A stretch of DNA of 64,000 nucleotides. Source: the human T2T-CHM13v2.0 reference genome, Homo sapiens. This document shows positions 42,984-57,324 of this stretch, one piece after another. Position numbers and translations under genes: made by a program. The stretch is taken from assembly GCF_009914755.1 (NCBI RefSeq), contig NC_060948.1; one strand, written 5' to 3'. The stretch's first letter is position 1. Each line of letters starts with the position of its first letter. A model generated the notes under the pieces. The model did not search any database. It was not told the origin of the DNA and saw only the letters and a list, made by a program, of their open reading frames with translations.

Positions 42984-45900
42984 GAATGGAATCGAATGGA
43001 TTGGAAAGGAATAGAATGGAATGGAATGGAATTGACTCAAATGGAATGGACTAGAATGGAATGGATTCGAATGGAAGGCAAAGGAATGGAATCTTTTGGA
43101 ATGGACTGTAATGGAATGGAATGGAAGGGATTGGAATGGACTCGAATGGAATGGACTGCAATAGATAGGATTCGAATGGAATGAAAAAGAATTGAATGGA
43201 ATAGAACAGAATGGAATCAAATCGAATGAAATGGAATGGAATAGAAAGGAATGGAATGAAATGGAATGGAAAGGATTCGAATGGAATGCAATCGAATGGA
43301 ATGGAATCGAACGGAATGGAATAAAATGGAAGAAAACTGGCAAGAAATGGAATCGAAATGAATGGAGTGTTATGGAACGGACTCAAAAGGAATTGAATGT
43401 AATAGAATGGAGTGGAGTGGACTCGAATATAATGGACTGGAATGGAATGAAATCACATGGAATGGGAACGAATGGAATGGAATGGAAAGGAATGGAATCG
43501 AATGGAAAGGAATCGAATGGAAGGGAATGAAATTGAATCAACAGGAATGGAAGGGAATAGAATAGACGGTAATGGAATGGACTCGAATAGAATGGACACG
43601 AATGCTCAAATTGAATGGACTCGAATGGAATGGAAACGAAAGGAATGTCATCGAATGGAATTGAATCGATTGGAATGAAATCGCATAGAATGGAGTGGAA
43701 TCAAATGGAATTGAATCGAAAGGAAAGGAAGCGAATGGACTGAAATGAAATGGAATGGAATTGAATGGAAAGTAATGCAATGGAATAGAATGGAACGAAA
43801 TTTCACGGAATGGAATCAAACTGAATGGAATCAAATCAATGGAATCAAATCAAATGGAATGGAAAGGAATTGAATGGAGTAGATTGGATTGGATGGGATT
43901 GGAATGAAATGTACTGGAAAGGACTCGAATTTCATGAAACGGAATGGAATGAATTGGAACGGAATGGACTCGAATGGAATGGAATGTCATGGAATGGCAT
44001 CAAATGGAATGGCATCAAATGGAATGGAATCGAATGCAATGGAATGCTATGGAATGGAATGGAATGCATTGGAATGGAATGTCCTCTAATGGAATGGATT
44101 CGAGTGGAATGGAATCTAATATAATGGAGTCGAATGAAATGGAATTGAAAGGAGTGGGATCGAATACAATGGAATATACTGGAATGTAATGTAATGAACT
44201 CGAATGTAATTGACTGGAATGGAATGTACATGAATGGAATGTAATCGAATGGAAAGTAATCCAATGGAATAGAATCTAATGCAATAAAACCGACTCAGAT
44301 AGAGTAGAATGTAATGGAATGGAGTGCAGTGCAATGGAATGGAATGGAATGGAATGCAATGGAATGGAATGGAATGGAATGGAATGGAATGGAATGGAAT
44401 GGAATGGAATGGAATGGGATGGAATGGGATGGGATGGAATGGTATGGAATGGATAGTAATGGACTGGAGTGAAATGGACTGGAAAGGAATGGACTCAAAT
44501 TGAAAGGGCTCGAAAGGAATGGAGTCAAATGGAATGGTCTGGAATGGAATGAACACGAATGTAATGCAATCCAATAGAATGGAATCGAATGGCATGGAAT
44601 ATAAAGAAATGGAATCGAAGAGAATGGAAACAAATGGAATGGAATTGAATGGAATGGAATTGAATGGAATGGGAACGAATGGAGTGAAATTGTATGCAGT
44701 AGAAGGGAATAGAATGGAATGCAAGCGAAAGGAAAGGAATGGATTGGAATGGAATGGAATTCATTGGAATGGAAGGGAATGTAGTGTAATGGACAGGCCT
44801 GGAATAAAGTGGAATGCTACGGTCTCGAATGGAATAAAAATGTATGGAATGGAATGCAATGAAACGGAATCGAATGTCATAGAATGTAATGGAATGCAAA
44901 AAAATGGAATCCAAAATCATTGACTGGAAAGGCTGGGTGTCGAAAGGAATTGACTCCAATGGAATGGAATCAAATGGAATGGAAGTGAATAGAATCGAAC
45001 TAAATCGAATGGAATGGAATTGATAGGAACGGAATGGAAAGGAATGCAATGATTTGGCATGGAATGGAATCGAATGGCATCGAATGGAATGGAATGGAAT
45101 GCAATGGAATGGAATGTATTAGAATGTAATGAACTTTAATGGAATGTACTCGAATGGATTCGACTGGAATGGAATGTTCTGGAAGTGAATGGACTCCAAT
45201 GGAATGGATTCAAAAGGAATGGAATCGTACGGAATGGAATCTAATGGAATGGAATTAAATGGAAAAGAATCAAATTGAATAGCACGGAATTGAATTGAAT
45301 GGAATCGAATGCAATGGAATCTAATGAAACGGAAAGGAAAGGAATGGAATGGAATGGAATGGGCTGGAATGGAAAGGAATCGAAACGAATGGAATGGAAT
45401 CGAACTGAAGAGACTGGAATGGAATGCACTGGAATGGAAGGGAGTGTAATGGAAGGTTCTCGAAAAAAATGGAATCGAATGGAATGGAATTGAATGGAAC
45501 GGAATAGAGTCGAATGGAATTGAATGGAATGGAATGGACTAGAGTGAAATGGAATCGAACCACAAGGAATGGACAGGAATAGAATGGTCTCGAATTGAAT
45601 GGAATCGTATGGAATGGCATCAAACGGAAAGGAATGGACAGCCACGGAATGGAATGCACTCGAATGCAATGGAGTCGAAACTAATGGACTGGAATAGAAT
45701 GGACTCGACTGGTACGGACTCCAATGGAATGGAATCGAAAGGAAGGGAATCGAACGGAATGGACTCGAAGGGAAAAGACTGCAAAGGAAAGGTCTCGAAT
45801 GCAATGGAAATTAATGGAATGGAATGGAATCGAATGAAATGGAGTCAAAAGGAATGGAATCGAATGGCAAGAAATCGAATGTAATGGATTCGCAAGGAAT

Positions 45901-46577
45901 TGATGTGAACGGAACGGAATGGAATGGAATCCAAAGGAATGGAATAGAATGGAATGGAATCGAATGGAAAGGACTCGAATGGAAATCACTGGAATAGAAT
46001 GCAATTTAATAAAATAGGATGAAATGTAATGGAATGGAATGGAAAGGAATCGAAACGAAAGGAATGGAGACAGATGGAATGGAATGGTACAGAGAGCAAT
46101 GGTATAGAATGGAATGGAATCATCTGGAATGGAATTGAATGGAATGGAATAATATGAAATGGAATGGAATGGAATGGAATGGAATGCCCTTGAATTAAAT
46201 GGACTGGAATGGAATGGACTCCAACAGAGTGAAATGGAAAGTGTTGAGATAGAATGGAATGGACTCCTTTGGAATGGTGTAGTATGCAATGCAATCGACT
46301 GGCAGGGAAGCAAAAGGAATGTAATCAAATGGATTGGACTGGAATGCAATGGACTCGAATAGATTGGAAACGGAATGCAAAGGAATGGAATGGAATAGTA
46401 TGGAATGGAATGGAAAGGAATGGAGTGGAATAGACTAGAGTGGAATGGAATGGACTGGAAAGCAATGGACTGGAATGGAACTTTCTTGAATGGACTGGAA
46501 TCAAACGGAATGGAATGCAATGCAATCAAATGGCATGGAATAAAATAGAATGAAAGAGAATCAAATGGAATTGAATC
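42984..46577 (+). repeat. DYZ1 unit U13 (3594 bp; D head, X tail; near-copy of U10)
   Basis: 43192->46786; gcaaaggaaaggtctcgaatgc at 45781. Confidence 0.9.
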
Positions 46578-49500
46578 GAATGGAATCGAATGGATTGGAA
46601 AGGATTAGAATGGAATGGAATGGAATTGACTCAAATGGAATGGACTAGAATGGAATGGATTCGAATGGAAGGCAAAGGAATGGAATCTATTGGAATGGAC
46701 TGTAATGGAATGGAATGGAAGGGATTGGAATGGACTCGAATGGAATGGACTGCAATAGAAAGGATTCGAATGGAATGAAAAAGAATTGAATGGAATAGAA
46801 CAGATTGGAATCAAATCGAATGAAATGGAATGGAATAGAAAGGAATGGAATGAAATGGAATGGAAAGGATTCGAATGGAATGCAATCGAATGGAATGGAA
46901 TCGAACGGAATGGAATAAAATGGAAGAAAACTGGCAAGAAATGGAATCGAAATGAATGGAGTGTTATGGAACGGACTCAAAAGGAATTGAATGTAATAGA
47001 ATGGAGTGGAGTGGACTCGAATATAATGGACTGGAATGGAATGAAATCACATGGAATGGGAACGAATGGAATGGAATGGAAAGGAATGGAATCGAATGGA
47101 AAGGAATCGAATAGAAGGGAATGAAATTGAATCAACAGGAATGGAAGGGAATAGAATAGACGGTAATGGAATGGACTCGAATAGAATGGACACGAATTCT
47201 CAAATTGAATGGACACGAATGGAATGGAAACGAAAGGAATGTCATCGAATGGAATTGAATCGATTGGAATGAAATCGCATAGAATGGAGTGGAATCAAAT
47301 GGAATTGAATCGAAAGGAAAGGAAGCGAATGGACTGAAATGAAATGGAATGGAATTGAATGGAAAGTAATGCAATGGAATAGAATGGAACGAAATTTCAC
47401 GGAATGGAATCAAACTGAATGGAATCAAATCAATGGAATCAAATCAAATGGAATGGAAAGGAATTGAATGGAGTAGATTGGATTGGATGGGATTGGAATG
47501 AAATGTACTGGAAAGGACTCGAATTTCATGAAACGGAATGGAATGAATTGGAACGGAATGGACTCGAATGGAATGGAATGTCATGGAATGGCATCAAATG
47601 GAATGGCATCAAATGGAATGGAATCGAATGCAATGGAATGCTATGGAATGGAATGGAATGCATTGGAATGGAATGTCCTCTAATGGAATGGATTCGAGTG
47701 GAATGGAATCGAATATAATGGAGTCGAATGAAATGGAATTGAAAGGAATGGGATCGAATAGAATGGAATATACTGGAATGTAATGTAATGAACTCGAATG
47801 TAATTGACTGGAATGGAATGTACATGAATGGAATGTAATCGAATGGAAAGTAATCCAATGGAATAGAATCTAATGCAATAAAATCGACTCAGATAGAGTA
47901 GAATGTAATGGAATGGAGTGCAGTGCAATGGAATGGAATGGAATGGAATGCAATGGAATGGAATGGAATGGAATGGAATGGAATGGAATGGAATGGAATG
48001 GGATGGGATGGAATGGTATGGAATGGATAGTAATGAACTGGAGTGAAATGGACTGGAAAGGAATGGAGTCAAATTGAAAGGGCTCGAAAGGAATGGAGTC
48101 AAATGGAATAGTCTGGAATGGAATGAACACGAATGTAATGCAATCCAATAGAATGGAATCGAATGGCATGGAATATAAAGAAATGGAATCGAAGAGAATG
48201 GAAACAAATGGAATGGAATTGAATGGAATGGAATTGAATGGAATGGGAACGAATTGAGTGAAATTGTATGCAGTAGAAGGGAATAGAATGGAATGCAAGC
48301 GAAAGGAAAGGAATGGATTGGAATGGAATGGAATTCATTGGAATGGAAGGGAATGTAGTGTAATGGACAGGCCTGGAATAAAGTGGAATGCTACGGTCTC
48401 GAACGGAATAAAAATGTATGGAATGGAATGCAATGAAACGGAATCGAATGTCATAGAATGTAATGGAATGCAAAAAAATGGAATCCAAAATCATTGACTG
48501 GAAAGGCTGGGTGTCGAAAGGAATTGACTCCAATGGAATGGAATCGAATGGAATGGAAGTGAATAGAATCGAACTAAATCGAATGGAATGGAATTGATAG
48601 GAACGGAATGGAAAGGAATGCAATGATTTGGCATGGAATGGAATCGAATGGCATCGAATGGAATGGAATGGAATGCAATGGAATGGAATGTATTAGAATG
48701 TAATGAACTTTAATGGAATGTACTCGAATGGATTCGACTGGAATGGAATGTTCTGGAAGTGAATGGACTCCAATGGAATGGATTCCAAAGGAATGGAATC
48801 GTACGGAATGGAATCTAATGGAATGGAATTAAATGGAAATGAATCAAATTGAATAGCACGGAATTGAATTGAATGGAATGGAATGCAATGGAATCTAATG
48901 AAACGGAAAGGAAAGGAATGGAATGGAATGGAATGGGCTGGAATGGAAAGGAATCGAAACGAATGGAATGGAATCGAAGTGAAGAGACTGGAATGGAATG
49001 CACTGGAATGGAAGGGAGTGTAATGGAAGGTTCTCGAAAAAAATGGAATCGAATGGAATGGAATTGAATGGAACGGAATAGAGTCGAATGGAATTGAATG
49101 GAATGGAATGGACTAGAGTGAAATGGAATCGAACCACAAGGAATGGACAGGAATAGAATGGTCTCGAATTGAATGGAATCGTATGGAATGGCATCAAACG
49201 GAATGGAATGGACAGCCACGGAATGGAATGCACTCGAATGCAATGGAGTCGAAACTAATGGACTGGAATAGAATGGACTCGACTGGTACGGACTCCAATG
49301 GAATGGAATCGAATGGAAGGGAATCGATCGGAATGGACTCGAAGGGAAAAGACTGCAATGGAAAGGTCTCGAATGGAATGGAAATTAATGGAATGGAATG
49401 GAATCGAATGAAATGGAGTCAAAAGGAATGGAATCGAATGGCAAGAAATCGAATGTAATGGAATCGCAAGGAATTGATGTGAACGGAACGGAATGGAATG

Positions 49501-50161
49501 GAATCCAAAGGAATGGAATAGAATGGAATGGAATCGAATGGAAAGGACTCGAATGGAAATCACTCGAATAGAATGCAATTTAATAAAATAGGATCAAATG
49601 TAATGGAATGGAATGGAAAGGAATCGAAACGAAAGGAATGGAGACAGATGGAATGGAATGGAACAGAGAGCAATGGTATAGAATGGAATGGAATCATCTG
49701 GAATGGAATTGAATGGAATGGAATAATATGAAATGGAATGGAATGGAATGGAATGGAATGGAATGGAATGCCCTTGAATTAAATGGACTGGAATGGAATG
49801 GACTCGAACAGAGTGGAATGGAAAGTTTTGAGATAGAATGGAATGGACTCCTTTGGAATGGTGTAGTATGCAATGCAATCGACTGGCAGGGAATCAAAAG
49901 GAATGTAATCGAATGGATTGGACTGGAATGCAATGGACTCGAATAGATTGGAAACGGAATGCAAAGGAATGGAATGGAATAGTATGGAATGGAATGGAAA
50001 GGAATGGAGTGGAATAGACTAGAGTGGAATGGAATGGACTGGAAAGCAATGGACTGGAATGGAACTTTCTTGAATGGACTGGAATCAAACGGAATGGAAT
50101 GCAATGCAATCAAATGGCATGGAATAAAATAGAATGAAAGAGAATCAAATGGAATTGAATC
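46578..50161 (+). repeat. DYZ1 unit U14 (3584 bp; B head, Y tail)
   Basis: 46786->50370. Confidence 0.9.
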
Positions 50162-53100
50162 GAATGGAATCGAATGGATTGGAAAGGATTAGAATTGAAT
50201 GGAATGGTATTGACTCAAATGGAATGGACTAGAATGGAATGGATTCGAATGGAAGGCAAAGGAATGGAATCTATTGGAATGGATTGTAATGGAATGGAAT
50301 GGAAGGGATTGGAATGGACTCGAATGGAATGGACTGCAATAGAAAGGATTCGAATGGAATGAAAAAGAATTGAATGGAATAGAACAGAATGGAATCAAAT
50401 CGAATGAAATGGAATGGAATAGAAAGGAATGGAATGAAATGGAATGGAAAGGATTCGAATGGAATGCAATCGAATGGAATGGAATCGAACGGAATGGAAT
50501 AAAATGGAAGAAAACTGGCAAGAAATGGAATCGAAATGAATGGAGTGTTATGGAACGGACTCAAAAGGAATTGAATGTAATAGAATGGAGTGGAGTGGAC
50601 TCGAATATAATGGACTGGAATGGAATGAAATCACATGGAATGGGAACGAATGGAATGGAATGGAAAGGAATGGTATCGAATGGAAAGGAATCGAATGGAA
50701 GGGAATGAAATTGAATCAACAGAAATGGAAGGGAATAGAATAGACGGTAATGGAATGGACTCGAATAGAATGGACACGAATGCTCAAATTGAATGGACTC
50801 GAATGGAATGGAAACGAAAGGAATGTCATCGAATGGAATTGAATCGATTGGAATGAAATCGCATAGAATGGAGTGGAATCAAATGGAATTGAATCGAAAG
50901 GAAAGGAAGCGAATGGACTGAAATGAAATGGAATGGAATTGAATGGAAAGTAATGCAATGGAATAGAATGGAACGAAATTTCACGGAATGGAATCAAACT
51001 GAATGGAATCAAATCAATGGAATCAAATCAAATGGAATGGAAAGGAATTGAATGGAGTAGATTGGATTGGATGGGATTGGAATGAAATGTACTGGAAAGG
51101 ACTCGAATTTCATGAAACGGAATGGAATGAATTGGAACGGAATGGACTCGAATGGAATGGAATGTCATGGAATGGCATCAAATGGAATGGCATCAAATGG
51201 AATGGAATCGAATGCAATGGAATGCTATGGAATGGAATGGAATGCATTGGAATGAAATGTCCTCTAATGGAATGGATTCGAGTGGAATGGAATCTAATAT
51301 AATGGAGTCGAATGAAATGGAATTGAAAGGAGTGGGATCGAATACAATGGAATATACTGGAATGTAATGTAATGAACTCGAATGTAATTGACTGGAATGG
51401 AATGTACATGAATGGAATGTAATCGAATGGAAAGTAATCCAATGGAATAGAATCTAATGCAATAAAACCGACTCAGATAGAGTAGAATGTAATGGAATGG
51501 AGTGCAGTGCAATGGAATGGAATGGAATGGAATGCAATGCAATGGAATGGAATGGAATGGAATGGAATGGAATGGAATGGGATGGAATGGGATGGGATGG
51601 AATGGTATGGAATGGATAGTAATGGACTGGAGTGAAATGGACTGGAAAGGAATGGACTCAAATTGAAAGGGCTCGAAAGGAATGGAGTCAAATGGAATGG
51701 TCTGGAATGGAATGAACACGAATGTAATGCAATCCAATAGAATGGAATCGAATGGCATGGAATATAAAGAAATGGAATCGAAGAGAATGGAAACAAATGG
51801 AATGGAATTGAATGGAATGGAATTGAATGGAATTGGAACGAATGGAGTGAAATTGTATGCAGTAGAAGGGAATAGAATGGAATGCAAGCGAAAGGAAAGG
51901 AATGGATTGGAATGGAATGGAATTCATTGGAATGGAAGGGAATGTAGTGTAATGGACAGGCCTGGAATAAAGTGGAATGCTACGGTCTCGAATGGAATAA
52001 AAATGTATGGAATGGAATGCAATGAAACGGAATCGAATGTCATAGAATGTAATGGAATGCAAAAAAATGGAATCCAAAATCATTGACTGGAAAGGCTGGG
52101 TGTCGAAAGGAATTGACTCCAATGGAATGGAATCGAATGGAATGGAAGTGAATAGAATCGAACTAAATCGAATGGAATGGAATTGATAGGAACGGAATGG
52201 AAAGGAATGCAATGATTTCGCATGGAATGGAATCGAATGGCATCGAATGGAATGGAATGGAATGCAATGGAATGGAATGTATTAGAATGTAATGAACTTT
52301 AATGGAATGTACTCGAATGGATTCGACTGGAATGGAATGTTCTGGAAGTGAATGGACTCCAATGGAATGGATTCCAAAGGAATGGAATCGTACGGAATGG
52401 AATCTAATGGAATGGAATTAAATGGAAATGAATCAAATTGAATAGCACGGAATTGAATTGAATGGAATGGAATGCAATGGAATCTAATGAAACGGAAAGG
52501 AAAGGAATGGAATGGAATGGAATGGGCTGGAATGGAAAGGAATCGAAACGAATGGAATGGAATCGAAGTGAAGAGACTGGAATGGAATGCACTGGAATGG
52601 AAGGGAGTGTAATGGAAGGTTCTCGAAAAAAATGGAATCGAATGGAATGGAATTGAATGGAACGGAATAGAGTCGAATGGAATTGAATGGAATGGAATGG
52701 ACTAGAGTGAAATGGAATCGAACCACAAGGAATGGACAGGAATAGAATGGTCTCGAATTGAATGGAATCGTATGGAATGGCATCAAACGGAATGGAATGG
52801 ACAGCCACGGAATGGAATGCACTCGAATGCAATGGAGTCGAAACTAATGGACTGGAATAGAATGGACTCGACTGGTACGGACTCCAATGGAATGGAATCG
52901 AATGGAAGGGAATCGATCGGAATGGACTCGAAGGGAAAAGACTGCAATGGAAAGGTCTCGAATGGAATGGAAATTAATGGAATGGAATGGAATCGAATGA
53001 AATGGAGTCAAAAGGAATGGAATCGAATGGCAAGAAATCGAATGTAATGGAATCGCAAGGAATTGATGTGAACGGAACGGAATGGAATGGAATCCAAAGG

Positions 53101-53745
53101 AATGGAATAGAATGGAATGGAATCGAATGGAAAGGACTCGAATGGAAATCACTCGAATAGAATGCAATTTAATAAAATAGGATCAAATGTAATGGAATGG
53201 AATGGAAAGGAATCGAAACGAAAGGAATGGAGACAGATGGAATGGAATGGAACAGAGAGCAATGGTATAGAATGGAATGGAATCATCTGGAATGGAATTG
53301 AATGGAATGGAATAATATGAAATGGAATGGAATGGAATGGAATGGAATGGAATGCCCTTGAATTAAATGGACTGGAATGGAATGGACTCGAACAGAGTGG
53401 AATGGAAAGTTTTGAGATAGAATGGAATGGACTCCTTTGGAATGGTGTAGTATGCAATGCAATCGACTGGCAGGGAATCAAAAGGAATGTAATCGAATGG
53501 ATTGGACTGGAATGCAATGGACTCGAATAGATTGGAAACGGAATGCAAAGGAATGGAATGGAATAGTATGGAATGGAATGGAAAGGAATGGAGTGGAATA
53601 GACTAGAGTGGAATGGAATGGACTGGAAAGCAATGGACTGGAATGGAACTTTCTTGAATGGACTGGAATCAAACGGAATGGAATGCAATGCAATCAAATG
53701 GCATGGAATAAAATAGAATGAAAGAGAATCAAATGGAATTGAATC
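50162..53745 (+). repeat. DYZ1 unit U15 (3584 bp; C head, Y tail)
   Basis: 50370->53954. Confidence 0.9.
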
Positions 53746-56700
53746 GAATGGAATCGAATGGATTGGAAAGGATTAGAATTGAATGGAATGGTATTGACTC
53801 AAATGGAATGGACTAGAATGGAATGGATTCGAATGGAAGGCAAAGGAATGGAATCTATTGGAATGGATTGTAATGGAATGGAATGGAAGGGATTGGAATG
53901 GACTCGAATGGAATGGACTGCAATAGAAAGGATTCGAATGGAATGAAAAAGAATTGAATGGAATAGAACAGAATGGAATCAAATCGAATGAAATGGAATG
54001 GAATAGAAAGGAATGGAATGAAATGGAATGGAAAGGATTCGAATGGAATGCAATCGAATGGAATGGAATCGAACGGAATGGAATAAAATGGAAGAAAACT
54101 GGCAAGAAATGGAATCGAAATGAATGGAGTGTTATGGAACGGACTCAAAAGGAATTGAATGTAATAGAATGGAGTGGAGTGGACTCGAATATAATGGACT
54201 GGAATGGAATGAAATCACATGGAATGGGAACGAATGGAATGGAATGGAAAGGAATGGTATCGAATGGAAAGGAATCGAATGGAAGGGAATGAAATTGAAT
54301 CAACAGGAATGGAAGGGAATAGAATAGACGGTAATGGAATGGACTCGAATAGAATGGACACGAATGCTCAAATTGAATGGACTCGAATGGAATGGAAACG
54401 AAAGGAATGTCATCGAATGGAATTGAATCGATTGGAATGAAATCGCATAGAATGGAGTGGAATCAAATGGAATTGAATCGAAAGGAAAGGAAGCGAATGG
54501 ACTGAAATGAAATGGAATGGAATTGAATGGAAAGTAATGCAATGGAATAGAATGGAACGAAATTTCACGGAATGGAATCAAACTGAATGGAATCAAATCA
54601 ATGGAATCAAATCAAATGGAATGGAAAGGAATTGAATGGAGTAGATTGGATTGGATGGGATTGGAATGAAATGTACTGGAAAGGACTCGAATTTCATGAA
54701 ACGGAATGGAATGAATTGGAACGGAATGGACTCGAATGGAATGGAATGTCATGGAATGGCATCAAATGGAATGGCATCAAATGGAATGGAATCGAATGCA
54801 ATGGAATGCTATGGAATGGAATGGAATGCATTGGAATGGAATGTCCTCTAATGGAATGGATTCGAGTGGAATGGAATCTAATATAATGGAGTCGAATGAA
54901 ATGGAATTGAAAGGAGTGGGATCGAATACAATGGAATATACTGGAATGTAATGTAATGAACTCGAATGTAATTGACTGGAATGGAATGTACATGAATGGA
55001 ATGTAATCGAATGGAAAGTAATCCAATGGAATAGAATCTAATGCAATAAAACCGACTCAGATAGAGTAGAATGTAATGGAATGGAGTGCAGTGCAATGGA
55101 ATGGAATGGAATGGAATGCAATGCAATGGAATGGAATGGAATGGAATGGAATGGAATGGAATGGAATGGAATGGGATGGAATGGGATGGGATGGAATGGT
55201 ATGGAATGGATAGTAATGGACTGGAGTGAAATGGACTGGAAAGGAATGGACTCAAATTGAAAGGGCTCGAAAGGAATGGAGTCAAATGGAATGGTCTGGA
55301 ATGGAATGAACACGAATGTAATGCAATCCAATAGAATGGAATCGAATGGCATGGAATATAAAGAAATGGAATCGAAGAGAATGGAAACAAATGGAATGGA
55401 ATTGAATGGAATGGAATTGAATGGAATGGGAACGAATGGAGTGAAATTGTATGCAGTAGAAGGGAATAGAATGGAATGCAAGCGAAAGGAAAGGAATGGA
55501 TTGGAATGGAATGGAATTCATTGGAATGGAAGGGAATGTAGTGTAATGGACAGGCCTGGAATAAAGTGGAATGCTACGGTCTCGAATGGAATAAAAATGT
55601 ATGGAATGGAATGCAATGAAACGGAATCGAATGTCATAGAATGTAATGGAATGCAAAAAAATGGAATCCAAAATCATTGACTGGAAAGGCTGGGTGTCGA
55701 AAGGAATTGACTCCAATGGAATGGAATCGAATGGAATGGAAGTGAATAGAATCGAACTAAATCGAATGGAATGGAATTGATAGGAACGGAATGGAAAGGA
55801 ATGCAATGATTTGGCATGGAATGGAATCGAATGGCATCGAATGGAATGGAATGGAATGCAATGGAATGGAATGTATTAGAATGTAATGAACTTTAATGGA
55901 ATGTACTCGAATGGATTCGACTGGAATGGAATGTTCTGGAAGTGAATGGACTCCAATGGAATGGATTCAAAAGGAATGGAATCGTACGGAATGGAATCTA
56001 ATGGAATGGAATTAAATGGAAATGAATCAAATTGAATAGCACGGAATTGAATTGAATGGAATGGAATGCAATGGAATCTAATGAAACGGAAAGGAAAGGA
56101 ATGGAATGGAATGGAATGGGCTGGAATGGAAAGGAATCGAAACGAATGGAATGGAATCGAAGTGAAGAGACTGGAATGGAAGGGAGTGTAATGGAAGGTT
56201 CTCGAAAAAAATGGAATCGAATGGAATGGAATTGAATGGAACGGAATAGAGTCGAATGGAATTGAATGGAATGGAATGGACTAGAGTGAAATGGAATCGA
56301 ACCACAAGGAATGGACAGGAATAGAATGGTCTCGAATTGAATGGAATCGTATGGAATGGCATCAAACGGAATGGAATGGACAGCCACGGAATGGAATGCA
56401 CTCGAATGCAATGGAGTCGAAACTAATGGACTGGAATAGAATGGACTCGACTGGTACGGACTCCAATGGAATGGAATCGAATGGAAGGGAATCGAACGGA
56501 ATGGACTCGAAGGGAAAAGACTGCAATGGAAAGGTCTCGAATGGAATGGAAATTAATGGAATGGAATGGAATCGAATGAAATGGAGTCAAAAGGAATGGA
56601 ATCGAATGGCAAGAAATCGAATGTAATGGAATCGCAAGGAATTGATGTGAACGGAACGGAATGGAATGGAATCCAAAGGAATGGAATAGAATGGAATGGA

Positions 56701-57324
56701 ATCGAATGGAAAGGACTCGAATGGAAATCACTCGAATAGAATGCAATTTAATAAAATAGGATCAAATGTAATGGAATGGAATGGAAAGGAATCGAAACGA
56801 AAGGAATGGAGACAGATGGAATGGAATGGAACAGAGAGCAATGGTATAGAATGGAATGGAATCATCTGGAATGGAATTGAATGGAATGGAATAATATGAA
56901 ATGGAATGGAATGGAATGGAATGGAATGGAATGTCCTTGAATTAAATGGACTGGAATGGAATGGACTCGAACAGAGTGGAATGGAAAGTTTTGAGATAGA
57001 ATGGAATGGACTCCTTTGGAATGGTGTAGTATGCAATGCAATCGACTGGCAGGGAATCAAAAGGAATGTAATCGAATGGATTGGACTGGAATGCAATGGA
57101 CTCGAATAGATTGGAAACGGAATGCAAAGGAATGGAATGGAATAGTATGGAATGGAATGGAAAGGAATGGAGTGGAATAGACTAGAGTGGAATGGAATGG
57201 ACTGGAAAGCAATGGACTGGAATGGAACTTTCTTGAATGGACTGGAATCAAACGGAATGGAATGCAATGCAATCAAACGGCATGGAATAAAATAGAATGA
57301 AAGAGAATCAAATGGAATTGAATC
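53746..57324 (+). repeat. DYZ1 unit U16 (3579 bp; C head, Z tail with 15-bp deletion)
   Basis: 53954->57533. Confidence 0.9.

Larger units (their letters stand above)
26466..48014 (+). repeat. Tandem duplication of a three-unit block (~10.77 kb x 2)
   Basis: Private variants recur at an offset of 10772-10777 bp (29959/40736, 30634/41406, 30861/41633, 30924/41696, 35008/45785). Boundaries are inferred from the hybrid tract at 37228-37262. Confidence 0.75.
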
